Source: Fidelibacterota bacterium UBA2242 | GTDB lineage: Bacteria; Fidelibacterota; UBA2242 | NCBI GenBank assembly: GCA_002347855.1 | Contig: DDYE01000009.1 | Span: 90,265 to 154,264, forward strand | Length of the DNA: 64,000 bases | Direction: 5' to 3' | Part shown: positions 1 to 8,960 of the stretch, piece by piece | Layout: each line of letters begins with the position of its first letter | Position numbering within the stretch: the first letter of the stretch is position 1 | The notes under the pieces: generated by a model | Told to the model about the DNA's origin: nothing | The model's database searches: none | The model's input: only the letters and a program-made list of their open reading frames with translations | Program-made: the position numbers and the translations under genes

Positions 1-36
1 GAATGATAGTCAAAAGAAAAAACCCCAGGGTTCAGG

Positions 37-666
37 ATGATAGTGCTACAATTTTTGCTCATAATACTGAGCGCACTACTCTGCCTGATAATTCTATTGC
101 TCGTCTGCCAGACTCACATAGCAGTGCAGGGTAACTTGCGTTCGCAGGCTAACACGCTCAGCGCCACCGTGACCTTTTTAGGCAGAATTTTGGGCGTCAC
201 TGTTACCACTGATTTGAAAATGATGACCGTTAGACTGGTGCTAATTTCCTGGGGCTTTCGCATTTATCATGGCAAACTTGGTTCGGCCGCTAAATCTACT
301 ACGAAACCCAAGCCGAAACCTAAACCTAAGCCAAAAACGTCGAAGGAGGAACAGCCCAAACTTTCGTTCAAAGAATGGTTAGACCTCGGCAAGGTTTTAA
401 TCCGGAAAGTTGTAAAATTTGTTCATTTCGATAAATTAAGAGCCTATCTGACCATTGGTTTAGGTGATCCCTTTAAGACTGGTATGCTAATGGGGACATT
501 TTATGCCTTGAAAGGAAGCACCGGCATCTGGGAGGATTGCTTGATAGAACCGAATTTTATGCGAAAAATGATTGAGGGTGAAGTGGAACTAGCAGCATCA
601 CTAAGGTTAGCGCGGTTAATTCCGTTGGGATTGTTTATATTTAGCAAGTTGAAACGACGCAAATAA
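37..666 (+). CDS. YtfI-like (DUF2953-like) membrane protein with internal (KP)5 repeat
   Basis: The N-terminal hydrophobic segment and the KPKPKPKPKPK linker resemble Bacillus YtfI-family proteins from memory. It sits immediately upstream of a GerW/YtfJ-like gene, as in the ytfI-ytfJ pair. The window begins only 36 nt upstream, so the start is uncertain. Confidence 0.45.
   Translation: MIVLQFLLIILSALLCLIILLLVCQTHIAVQGNLRSQANTLSATVTFLGRILGVTVTTDLKMMTVRLVLISWGFRIYHGKLGSAAKSTTKPKPKPKPKPKTSKEEQPKLSFKEWLDLGKVLIRKVVKFVHFDKLRAYLTIGLGDPFKTGMLMGTFYALKGSTGIWEDCLIEPNFMRKMIEGEVELAASLRLARLIPLGLFIFSKLKRRK
304..336 (+). repeat. Coding (AAR-CCN)5 microsatellite encoding KPKPKPKPKPK
   Basis: Read directly in the sequence: aaa ccc aag ccg aaa cct aaa cct aag cca aaa. 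Confidence 0.85.
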
Positions 667-669
667 ATA

Positions 670-1053
670 GTGAGGTGCAGGATGTTGGAGAATTTAATTG
701 ACACTCTATTGACGCGGCTTAAAGAAATTGTTAGTTCTGAAACAGTTATTGGCGAACCCATAACGGCTGGCGAAGCTACCGTGATACCAATCACCAAGAT
801 CTCATTGGGTTTTGGTGCTGGTGGTAATAATCCTGAGGAAGCGAAGGGAAAAGCTGCTGGTTCGGGGATTGGCGGTGGAGCAGTAATTGAGCCCATTGCC
901 GTCATCACGATTTTAAAAGGCGAGGTCAGGATTCATTATCTTAAGGAAAAAGAGGCTGGTTTAGAAAAAATTGCCGATCTCATCCCAAAGGTTTTAGATC
1001 GTTTTGTCAAACCTAAAGCCACTCAAGAGAGTGACCAGGCAAAGGCTGAGTAA
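670..1053 (+). CDS. GerW/YtfJ family protein
   Basis: The motif ETVIGEPITAGEATVIPITKISLGFGAGGNN matches the conserved GerW/YtfJ core (VIGEPI..G.T.IPV.KV.FGFGAGGG). It starts 4 nt after the YtfI-like ORF. The start could instead be Met-5 (nt 682). Confidence 0.7.
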   Translation: MRCRMLENLIDTLLTRLKEIVSSETVIGEPITAGEATVIPITKISLGFGAGGNNPEEAKGKAAGSGIGGGAVIEPIAVITILKGEVRIHYLKEKEAGLEKIADLIPKVLDRFVKPKATQESDQAKAE

Positions 1054-1124
1054 GTACTGGTCAGAAAATTTTTCCTTGAAAATTTCCTATATGCCTGCTA
1101 TTTTTCTACAAAAATGAGGGTAGT

Positions 1125-1802
1125 ATGGATTCGAAAGTTCTTAAAAATGTGCCTTTATTTGCCGATCTAAAGGATGAAATCATCCAGAAGATTTTCAATT
1201 TGATGCAAAAACGGGTGTACAAGAAAGGTAACCTCATCCTGATGGAAGAGGAATTTGGGGATACGCTTTTTATTCTTAATCAGGGGAGTGTCAAGATTAC
1301 CCGCCTGAGTGATGATGGTCGCGAGGTTATTTTAGCTATTATGGGTCCTGGCGATTTCTTTGGTGAGATGTCCATATTTGATGGTGAAAATCGTTCCGCC
1401 AATGTGATTGCTCTGGAAGATTCTGAGGTATTTATTCTGAAACGTGGTGATTTCCTGGATTTGTTGGAAAAATATCCGCAAATTGCCATTGTTTTACTCC
1501 AGGAAATGGCAACGCGCCTCAGACGGTCTGATCAGCAAATCGAAGGGCTCTCCCTGAGCGATGCCGAGAACCGAGTCGCAATGAGTCTTCTCCGTCTGGC
1601 TGAGGATTTAGGTGTGATTAAAATGGGGCAGGTCGTCATTGAAAACATGCCTTATCAGCAGGATATTGCCAACATGGCGGGCACTTCCCGGGAGACGGTC
1701 TCACGCATGCTCACCTTACTCCAGCGCAAAGGATATATTCAAAAGCGAGGGCGACGGTTGACAATCACCAACTATGACGAATTCGTCAAACAATTTGGAT
1801 AA
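1125..1802 (+). CDS. Crp/Fnr family transcriptional regulator
   Basis: An N-terminal cNMP-binding fold (FGEMSIFDG, RSANVIALEDS) is followed by a C-terminal HTH (QQDIANMAGTSRETVSRML). Confidence 0.9.
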   Translation: MDSKVLKNVPLFADLKDEIIQKIFNLMQKRVYKKGNLILMEEEFGDTLFILNQGSVKITRLSDDGREVILAIMGPGDFFGEMSIFDGENRSANVIALEDSEVFILKRGDFLDLLEKYPQIAIVLLQEMATRLRRSDQQIEGLSLSDAENRVAMSLLRLAEDLGVIKMGQVVIENMPYQQDIANMAGTSRETVSRMLTLLQRKGYIQKRGRRLTITNYDEFVKQFG

Positions 1803-1979
1803 TAAATTCCAGCGCTAAAACACTTCTATTTAGAAGATTGGTGGTGCGGAAGCCAGGGCGAAAGCACTCTCCATTTGGTGAAAATAGTCGAATTGACCAG
1901 GTAAATTAAGTCTGTTTTTATGTCCCTTGATAGTTATATTTACGATATGATTAGATAGTATTGATAAAAACCGATTGTT

Positions 1980-2768
1980 GTGAAAGGCATGACTAAATCT
2001 AAAACTGAACTGCCGGAAGATAACAAAGAGATGGATTTCCTGGATCATTTGGAAGAGCTGCGCTGGCGATTGATAAAATGCTTACTGACGATTGCGGTGA
2101 TGACCTGCCTCGTTTTCATTTTTTCCGATAAAATCTTGGAATGGTTAATTCTCCCAACCCAAAAGTTAAAAGTTGCGATGACTATCCAGGTTCTAAAGAT
2201 TCAGGGACTCTTGATGCTAAAATTTTCAATCGCCTTATTAGGTGGGATCGCTCTATCTCTTCCCGTCCTGGTTTATCAAATCTGGGCATTTATCTCCCCA
2301 GGATTGTATCATAGTGAGCGACGCTGGGGAGTAGGATTGATTCTTGGAGTTACATTTTCTTTTATACTCGGGGCAGTGTTTGCTTATTTCGTCATGATTC
2401 CCTATGCTCTCGAATTCCTGATAAATGTTGGTGCCGAAGGAATTGCTCGCAATATTTCGATTGAATACTACGCCAAATTTGTCATGCAGCTATTGCTGGC
2501 GACGGGATTAATTTTCCAGATGCCGGTGGTTGCTTTTATTTTGACCCGCATGGGAATTTTGACGCCGCGCTTCATGCGGCGCTACTGGCGTTATGCGGTG
2601 ATGATTATTGTTATTGTTGCGGCAATTATTACCCCACCCGACCCGGTCAGCATGATTTTAATGAGTATTCCACTCCTGTTGCTATATGAAGTGAGCATTG
2701 TGGTGTCGCGCCTGGCTCTGCCGATAAAAAAGAGTCAGGAAGGCGATGCTTCACCCTTAGCTGGTTAG
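1980..2768 (+). CDS. tatC: Twin-arginine translocase subunit TatC
   Basis: A six-TM profile with conserved TatC N-terminus (LDHLEELRWRLIK) and C-terminal PPDP motif. Confidence 0.85.
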   Translation: MKGMTKSKTELPEDNKEMDFLDHLEELRWRLIKCLLTIAVMTCLVFIFSDKILEWLILPTQKLKVAMTIQVLKIQGLLMLKFSIALLGGIALSLPVLVYQIWAFISPGLYHSERRWGVGLILGVTFSFILGAVFAYFVMIPYALEFLINVGAEGIARNISIEYYAKFVMQLLLATGLIFQMPVVAFILTRMGILTPRFMRRYWRYAVMIIVIVAAIITPPDPVSMILMSIPLLLLYEVSIVVSRLALPIKKSQEGDASPLAG

Positions 2769-2769
2769 C

Positions 2770-3747
2770 TTGATGGAAGATTTAGAAAAAATCGTAGCGC
2801 CCGTAGCCCAAGAGTTTGGTTTATTCGAACAACAGCTACCCCTTGCTTTACATTCAGGAGTAGAGCTTGTTAATAAAATTGTTGCTTATTTGCTGAGACA
2901 AGAATCCAAGCGTTTGCGACCACTGCTTGTTCTTCTCAGTGCGCGACTCTGCGGCATTCCTAATGCTGCGACCATTAATGCGGCCAGCCTGGTGGAGATT
3001 CTGCACACCGCTACCCTGGTTCACGACGATGTCATAGATGAATCCCTGAAACGGCGTGGTATGCCTTCGGTTAATGCTGTTTGGAATAATAAAATTGCGG
3101 TTTTATTAGGAGATTTTCTCTTCAGTAAATCGTTGCAAATGATGTTGCAATTGCGCGATTTTGACGCCCTTGATTTATTGGCTATAACTTCGGAATTGCT
3201 CAGTGCGGGTGAAATTTTGCAGCTCGAAAAAGCCGATAATAACACCATGAACGAAGAAATATACTATCAGATGATCTGGGCTAAAACCGCTTCCTTATTT
3301 GCCACCAGTTGTAAAATTGGCGCCATGACAGTTGGCGCTACTCCGGAAACCTGTGAGGCACTCTACGACTATGGCAGTCATCTGGGAATGGCATTTCAAA
3401 TTAAAGATGACCTTTTTGACCTCGTGGGTTCCGAATATCACCTTGGCAAGCCGATTGCCCGTGATTTAAAAAGCAATCTGATTACTCTACCGTTAATTTT
3501 CACCTTGGAGCAGCTTGACGCTAAAGCTGCCGCACACTTGCGACAAACTTTAAAACAGGATCTTTCTGACACTGAGATTTCGCAAATTCGTCAACTTATC
3601 CACGACACTGGTGGTATTAGCTATGCTCAGGAGCGGATGCAGTTTCACTCCACCCGGGCACTTGAGTCTCTAAAGCAGTTTCCCGAGTCCGATGTCAGAT
3701 CTTCCCTGCAAATCTTAGTGCAATATAATGAGTCTCGGTCACGATGA
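2770..3747 (+). CDS. Polyprenyl diphosphate synthase (IspB-like trans-IPPS)
   Basis: Contains the first DDxxD motif (LVHDDVIDES) and the second (FQIKDDLFDL). It has a TTG start, with an ATG 3 nt later. Confidence 0.9.
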   Translation: MMEDLEKIVAPVAQEFGLFEQQLPLALHSGVELVNKIVAYLLRQESKRLRPLLVLLSARLCGIPNAATINAASLVEILHTATLVHDDVIDESLKRRGMPSVNAVWNNKIAVLLGDFLFSKSLQMMLQLRDFDALDLLAITSELLSAGEILQLEKADNNTMNEEIYYQMIWAKTASLFATSCKIGAMTVGATPETCEALYDYGSHLGMAFQIKDDLFDLVGSEYHLGKPIARDLKSNLITLPLIFTLEQLDAKAAAHLRQTLKQDLSDTEISQIRQLIHDTGGISYAQERMQFHSTRALESLKQFPESDVRSSLQILVQYNESRSR

Positions 3748-4778
3748 AACACATTAGCCAACCGCAGAAGATTCTCATCGTTCGACTAAGTTCGCTGGGC
3801 GACATTGTGATTCTGACGCCTCTTTTGCAGAGTTTGCGTGAAAAATTTCCGAATGCACAGATAGATTTTTTAATAAAGCGAGAATTTGCCAACCTAGTGA
3901 CTCATAATTCCTACCTTTCGCGGGTAATAAGTTATGATGTCACAGCAGGATTGCGTGGTTTTTTAAGTCTGGCGCGCCAATTGGCACAGAACGATTACGA
4001 CCTTATTCTTGACATGCATAATAATCTGCGCAGTCACCTACTCGGCTGGATCTGTCGTACTCCAATTAGGCGTTTTCATAAGCCACGCCTGCGTCGGTTT
4101 TTATTATTTTATTGCTGGCTTGATTTTTTCCCGCGTGATTTCAATCTATTAACTGCTTACTATCGGGTAGTACGGAATCTTGGGATTTCCTACCGGAAGG
4201 ATTTTTACCCGCAAATTTATCTGCCATCAGAGTCTATAGATCGTGCCCGACAAATTCTAAAGGAGCGTGGTATCGAGGGCGACTTTGTGGTAATATTACC
4301 GATAGCGACCTGGCAGAATAAACTCTATCCCTTAGAAGGCTACCGCGAAGTTGCTGAGCGGGTCGAGCGGGAGCTCGGGCTTGCGGTGATCTGGTTAGGA
4401 GGGCGTTACGATATTCATTTGCAAAAATTAAAGAAGTTTTCGGGAGTGAAAAATGTGATAGCTGGAGAAACTAACCTAACGGAATCACTAACAATATTGA
4501 GACTGAGTCGAGCGGTGGTTGGTAATGATACCGGATTGACCTATGCGGCTGAGGCACTAGGAGTTCCCACGGTGCTAATTTTGGGTCCAACGGCCCGACA
4601 AACCGGTGCCGGGTGTTATCGTCCAACCAGTGTGACAATTGAGCGTTTACTCTGGTGCCGTCCCTGTTCCCAGAAAGGTGACCGAGCCTGTTATCGCCGC
4701 CGCCGTTATTGTTTAGAAGAAATTCACAGCGCGGAAATATTTTCTGCCCTGTGTTCAGTTATTAAGAGCAACTCATGA
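3744..4778 (+). CDS. GT9 family glycosyltransferase (LPS heptosyltransferase-like)
   Basis: The N-terminus ILIVRLSSLGDIVILTPLL is typical of RfaF/RfaC. It overlaps the upstream stop by 4 nt. It has an unusual C-terminal Cys4 cluster, CRPC..C..C. Confidence 0.8.
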   Translation: MKHISQPQKILIVRLSSLGDIVILTPLLQSLREKFPNAQIDFLIKREFANLVTHNSYLSRVISYDVTAGLRGFLSLARQLAQNDYDLILDMHNNLRSHLLGWICRTPIRRFHKPRLRRFLLFYCWLDFFPRDFNLLTAYYRVVRNLGISYRKDFYPQIYLPSESIDRARQILKERGIEGDFVVILPIATWQNKLYPLEGYREVAERVERELGLAVIWLGGRYDIHLQKLKKFSGVKNVIAGETNLTESLTILRLSRAVVGNDTGLTYAAEALGVPTVLILGPTARQTGAGCYRPTSVTIERLLWCRPCSQKGDRACYRRRRYCLEEIHSAEIFSALCSVIKSNS

Positions 4779-6055
4779 TACTTTTTTGGTTATTAGTTTA
4801 CAATATCCTGGTAGTGCCCCTTGCTTATGTGGCTTTGACTATCTTGGCGATATTTGATGAAAAGATTCGCGAGGGATTGCAGGGGCGCAAGGCTTCTTGG
4901 ATAACGCTTCGTCAATTTCGAGAAAAGCATCCTACCAGGAAGGTATTTCTCATTCATTCCGCATCGCTGGGAGAATTTGAACAGGCAAAACCTGTCATTC
5001 GTGGTCTTAAAACCTTGCGTCCTGATATTTTAATCGTGGCGAGTTTCACTTCACCCAGCGGTTTTAAACACGCAGCCCGCATCGCAGAGGTTGATTTGTT
5101 TATCTACCTGCCTCTGGATACATATATGCGTACGCGGCGTTTTATTCAAAAGCTGCGACCCAGCAAAATCATTTTCGTGACTTATGAACTCTGGCCTAAT
5201 CTGATTTTTAATGCCCGTCGTCATCATGTAACGACTTATTTGATATCGGCTCGCATCCGCGAGGGCAGTTCCAAAATGAAACCTGTTATTAATGCTTTTT
5301 TCAGTAATCTTTATCGCTCGCTGGATTATATATACGCCATTTCTGATGAACATAAGGCATCAGTGGCGAAGTTGATTGGCAGCGTCAATATAACGGTATT
5401 GACTTTAGGCGATACTCGTTATGACCAGGTCATCCAGCGTTCGCAGGAATTGGTTAAAAAAGCCCTCTTGCGTGTTTTCGCGGATGGTTTTGTTTTTATT
5501 GCCGGCAGTATTTGGCCACAGGATGCAAGGCATTTATTGCCCGCCTTAATTCGCAATCTTAAAGAACAGCCTCACCTGCGGGTTATCATTGCACCCCACG
5601 AACCCAATGATTATGCGCTGGAAATGTTAGAGGATACTTTCCATGCTGCTAATTTCAAGACAGTTCGATATTCTACTCTTACGCAGTCTATTGGCGCAGT
5701 GCGGGTGCTGCTGGTTGATCGTGTGGGAATATTAGCTGAACTGTATCATCAATGCCAGCTTGCTTTTGTGGGTGGCTCTTTCCGTGGTTCTATTCATAAT
5801 GTGATGGAACCAGCCGTGGCTGGCTTACCAGTGTTGTTTGGTCCGAGTTATCATAATTCTCATGAAGCTGAATTACTGATAAAGGCGGGTGGCGGAGTAT
5901 GTTGTCCCGATGAGAATGCGCTCTACAAGACAATTCGTCGTTTTATTACTATACCAGCAGATTATCAAAAAGCGGCAAATGCAGCGCGGCAAGTGATTTT
6001 GAGTAATCTGGGGGCTTCGGCTCGAACCGTAAAAGAAATTTTAGAATCGGAATGA
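4775..6055 (+). CDS. waaA: 3-deoxy-D-manno-octulosonic acid (Kdo) transferase
   Basis: The KdtA N-domain motif (LIHSASLGEFEQAKPVIRGLK) and a GT-B C-domain are present. It overlaps the upstream gene by 4 nt. Confidence 0.85.
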   Translation: MILFWLLVYNILVVPLAYVALTILAIFDEKIREGLQGRKASWITLRQFREKHPTRKVFLIHSASLGEFEQAKPVIRGLKTLRPDILIVASFTSPSGFKHAARIAEVDLFIYLPLDTYMRTRRFIQKLRPSKIIFVTYELWPNLIFNARRHHVTTYLISARIREGSSKMKPVINAFFSNLYRSLDYIYAISDEHKASVAKLIGSVNITVLTLGDTRYDQVIQRSQELVKKALLRVFADGFVFIAGSIWPQDARHLLPALIRNLKEQPHLRVIIAPHEPNDYALEMLEDTFHAANFKTVRYSTLTQSIGAVRVLLVDRVGILAELYHQCQLAFVGGSFRGSIHNVMEPAVAGLPVLFGPSYHNSHEAELLIKAGGGVCCPDENALYKTIRRFITIPADYQKAANAARQVILSNLGASARTVKEILESE

Positions 6056-6678
6056 ATATTATCCTGAACGCGGTAGATTTCTGGTATCGTCCGCAAGAAC
6101 CTATTTTTACCGACTTGAATTTGACCATCCCTCTCCGAAGCTGGGTTGCAATAACTGGCGAATCAGGTTGTGGCAAAACGACCTTAGTAAAGCTTTTAGC
6201 TGGTCTTTTACAGCCGTGCCGAGGCGAAATAGTTTATCCATTCAGTGATACCTTGCCCGTCGGTTTCCTTTATCAGAACCCGGAGGACCAGCTGGTGCAA
6301 CTCAATGTCGAGCGGGAGTTAGCCTTTAATCTCGAGAATCAGGGTCTGCGTGTGCCAGAAATGCGCAACCAGGTCAATAAAGTATTGCGGGTGTGGAATT
6401 TATACGAACGGCGCCTTGCCACCTCGCAGGAATTATCTGGCGGAGAAAAACAACGCCTGGCACTGGCAAGTGTGCTTATCAACAACCCGCGCATTTTGAT
6501 TCTTGACGAACCGACGGCGCGGCTGGACATTTTCACGCGTTTGGAACTTTATCAGATAATTCCGAATCTGGTTGCGAATGGCATTAGTATTGTCTGGGTT
6601 ACCCAGGATGAATATGAAATCGCCTTAGCCGAAGCGGTACTCGAGATAAGCAATGATGGAGCAATTACTTGGCGTTGA
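6052..6678 (+). CDS. ABC transporter ATP-binding subunit (short, NBD only)
   Basis: Walker A is GESGCGKTT, the signature is LSGGEKQR and Walker B is ILILDEPT. The H-loop position is Gln (VTQD). Confidence 0.85.
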   Translation: MNIILNAVDFWYRPQEPIFTDLNLTIPLRSWVAITGESGCGKTTLVKLLAGLLQPCRGEIVYPFSDTLPVGFLYQNPEDQLVQLNVERELAFNLENQGLRVPEMRNQVNKVLRVWNLYERRLATSQELSGGEKQRLALASVLINNPRILILDEPTARLDIFTRLELYQIIPNLVANGISIVWVTQDEYEIALAEAVLEISNDGAITWR

Positions 6679-7466
6679 ACATAACCAAACCTGACCGACG
6701 ATATAGCTTGATCGCCAGTGAAATGTGGTTTCGTTACCCGTCGAATCCAAAATTTCGCCTGGCGCTTGACAACCTGACGATTGAGTTTACGACCGTCTTA
6801 GGCATATATGGCTTAAGCGGTAGCGGTAAAAGTACACTTGGCAAAATCATTGGTTCGGTGTTGCAACCCACAGCCGGGACCTTCTGTTGCCAGGTGCAAA
6901 ATTGCAGTTCGACGACTTCATCACCGCCCAATTTTAAATATTTGCCACAGGAACCAGAGGAATTGTTCCTGGGCATGAAAATTGGTGAGGCCATTAATAA
7001 ATTACTTATGCCTAAAACAGATTGGTCTTTTCAACAATTCGTGGACTTCCTGAAATATCTCGGACTGCCTTTCGCTCAAGTTGAAAAACGATTTGGCTAT
7101 GAGCTCAGCACCGGGCAGTTACGCAAGGCAGCCCTGGCATTTGGTTTAGCCTTTCCCTGCGATGGGATTGTATTAGACGAACCGACTTTAGGACTAAGCC
7201 CGGCTGTCCGCCTTCAATTTGAAAAATTATTGACCGCGCGACTGACAGAGAAGGCGATTTTTATCATTTCACATGATTTTAACCTTTTAAGGAGCGTCGC
7301 TGAAAAGATAATTGTCATGGAACAGGGACAAGTCGTTTTTCAGGGTGGCGTAGAAGCCTTGCTATCAGATAAGCCGCTGGTCGAACGAGTTGGTATTAGT
7401 AAATTTGCTTTGCTAACTGCAAACAATTTGAAAATAGGGGATCAAATTTATGAGCCGTGCAAGTGA
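6669..7466 (+). CDS. ABC transporter ATP-binding subunit, partner NBD with degenerate signature
   Basis: Walker A is GLSGSGKST, Walker B is IVLDEPT and the H-loop is ISHD. The signature is degenerate (LSTGQ). It has a TTG start overlapping the upstream gene by 10 nt; ATG 6723 is an alternative. Confidence 0.8.
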   Translation: MALNITKPDRRYSLIASEMWFRYPSNPKFRLALDNLTIEFTTVLGIYGLSGSGKSTLGKIIGSVLQPTAGTFCCQVQNCSSTTSSPPNFKYLPQEPEELFLGMKIGEAINKLLMPKTDWSFQQFVDFLKYLGLPFAQVEKRFGYELSTGQLRKAALAFGLAFPCDGIVLDEPTLGLSPAVRLQFEKLLTARLTEKAIFIISHDFNLLRSVAEKIIVMEQGQVVFQGGVEALLSDKPLVERVGISKFALLTANNLKIGDQIYEPCK

Positions 7467-8067
7467 TGTCAAGAATTTAGTTACTGAAAAATATCGCGCT
7501 ATTCCTCCTCATCAGATAGTGACCACCTCGAATTTGATTTCCATCCTGCGTGCTTTTTTAACTTTACCGATTATTTACTATCTCGAGCGCGGGCGTGGTC
7601 ATGTCGCCTTCATTTTTATTGTAATCGCGATTGTGTCTGATATTCTGGATGGCTGGTTGGCACGTATCAGCCATGCTATAACGGAAATCGGAAAAGTACT
7701 TGATCCCTTTGCTGATGGGGTGGTGATTTTAAGTGTAACGCTTTATTTACTGATGGACAATAGGGTGCCGGGCTACTATTTCGGGCTTTTAGCCATCCGT
7801 TATTTTTTAATTGCTATACTCGGAATATTTTTGCTGAATAACTACGGCATCTCACCGCAGTCGAATAAATTGGGGAAGATCTCGATTGTCTTCACCGCGG
7901 CGACAGTGCTATCATTTGTTTATCAGGATAAAATTGGGAATATCGTCATTCCTTTAATGTGGGTTTCGATTCTTTTCTTAATCATTTCTGGTATATGGTA
8001 TATCTACACCTTCCTGAACCAAATTTTGCATGCTTATCGTCGCAGGAAAGCAGAGCGTAATGCCTGA
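7450..8067 (+). CDS. CDP-alcohol phosphatidyltransferase family protein
   Basis: Contains the D-G-x2-A-R-x8-G-x3-D-x3-D motif (DILDGWLARISHAITEIGKVLDPFADG) and is polytopic. Confidence 0.8.
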   Translation: MSRASDVKNLVTEKYRAIPPHQIVTTSNLISILRAFLTLPIIYYLERGRGHVAFIFIVIAIVSDILDGWLARISHAITEIGKVLDPFADGVVILSVTLYLLMDNRVPGYYFGLLAIRYFLIAILGIFLLNNYGISPQSNKLGKISIVFTAATVLSFVYQDKIGNIVIPLMWVSILFLIISGIWYIYTFLNQILHAYRRRKAERNA

Positions 8068-8941
8068 TTGGGGATTAAAAAAAACAGCCCGTTTCTTGGC
8101 TGCTAAACTGCCGCTGCTTGGGCGCTTTATCCGCCTGGATGAGACAACTTTACAGCAAGTTGAAGAAAGCTTATTGTCCTGTGACCTCGGGGTTGAACTG
8201 ACTGAACAGCTGCTGGAACGTTTGCGGCGGATTGACCGTCAGGATGCCGACCAGTTAAAAGAAATATTAAAAGCCGAATTAGCTGCCCTCATTTCTCCGA
8301 CTCAGATGAACCAAATTGTCGAGGGTAAACCATTGGTCATTCTATTCGTGGGAGTAAATGGCACAGGTAAAACGACCACCATCGGCAAATTAGCTTATTA
8401 TTTCAGCCAGAAGAATGAGAAAGTGCTCATCGCAGCCACCGATACTTTTCGCGCGGCGGCTTACGAGCAACTCCAGATTTGGGCGAAGCAAGCCGGAGCC
8501 GCCTTTCTGGGTAATCCTCAGGGCAAAGACCCGGCTGCCATTGCTTTCGACGCCGTCCAGTCCGCCTTAAAGCATAATTACGATGTCCTATTGATAGATA
8601 CGGCGGGACGTCTGCATACCAAAGCTAACTTGATGGCTGAACTGGCGAAAATTAAACGTGTCATTCAAAAAGTATTGCCTGCAGCTCCTCACGAAGTCTG
8701 GCTTGTCCTGGACGGTAATACCGGGCAGAACAGCATGGTACAGGCACAGGAATTCTTAAAGGCAGTCGGCGTAACAGGTTTAATCGTTTCAAAACTCGAT
8801 GGAACTGCCAAGGGCGGTATTGTACTCGCTATTCATCAGAAGTTGCATGTCCCGATAAAATTCATTGGTGTCGGTGAAAAAATCACCGATTTAGTTGAAT
8901 TCGAACCGCGCGGTTTTATCGAAGCGCTCCTCTCTTCCTGA
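8060..8941 (+). CDS. ftsY: Signal recognition particle receptor FtsY (short form)
   Basis: The SRP54-type GTPase has G1 (GVNGTGKTTT) and DTAGR motifs. The start is taken at ATG 8060; the longest ORF begins at 8030. Confidence 0.9.
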   Translation: MPDWGLKKTARFLAAKLPLLGRFIRLDETTLQQVEESLLSCDLGVELTEQLLERLRRIDRQDADQLKEILKAELAALISPTQMNQIVEGKPLVILFVGVNGTGKTTTIGKLAYYFSQKNEKVLIAATDTFRAAAYEQLQIWAKQAGAAFLGNPQGKDPAAIAFDAVQSALKHNYDVLLIDTAGRLHTKANLMAELAKIKRVIQKVLPAAPHEVWLVLDGNTGQNSMVQAQEFLKAVGVTGLIVSKLDGTAKGGIVLAIHQKLHVPIKFIGVGEKITDLVEFEPRGFIEALLSS

Positions 8942-8960
8942 AAAATTGTGCCTTAAACAG

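Noticed and set aside
501-908. Numerous 60–170-aa antisense or out-of-frame ORFs that lie inside confidently assigned genes. Examples are 501..908-, 1280..1489-, 5051..5353-, 15090..15335-, 35391..35760+, 36314..36763+, 38809..39324+, 46770..47102-, 50462..50941- and 56577..56819-.
   Set aside because: Each lies wholly within, and opposite or out of frame to, a gene with strong family-level motifs. They have low-complexity compositions (Ser/Arg/Pro-rich) and no signals of their own. They are six-frame artefacts.
8030-8059. A longer FtsY N-terminus (start 8030) overlapping the CDP-alcohol phosphatidyltransferase by 38 nt.
   Set aside because: ATG 8060 gives a compact 8-nt overlap and a typical short-form FtsY. 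The upstream extension has no recognisable A-domain.
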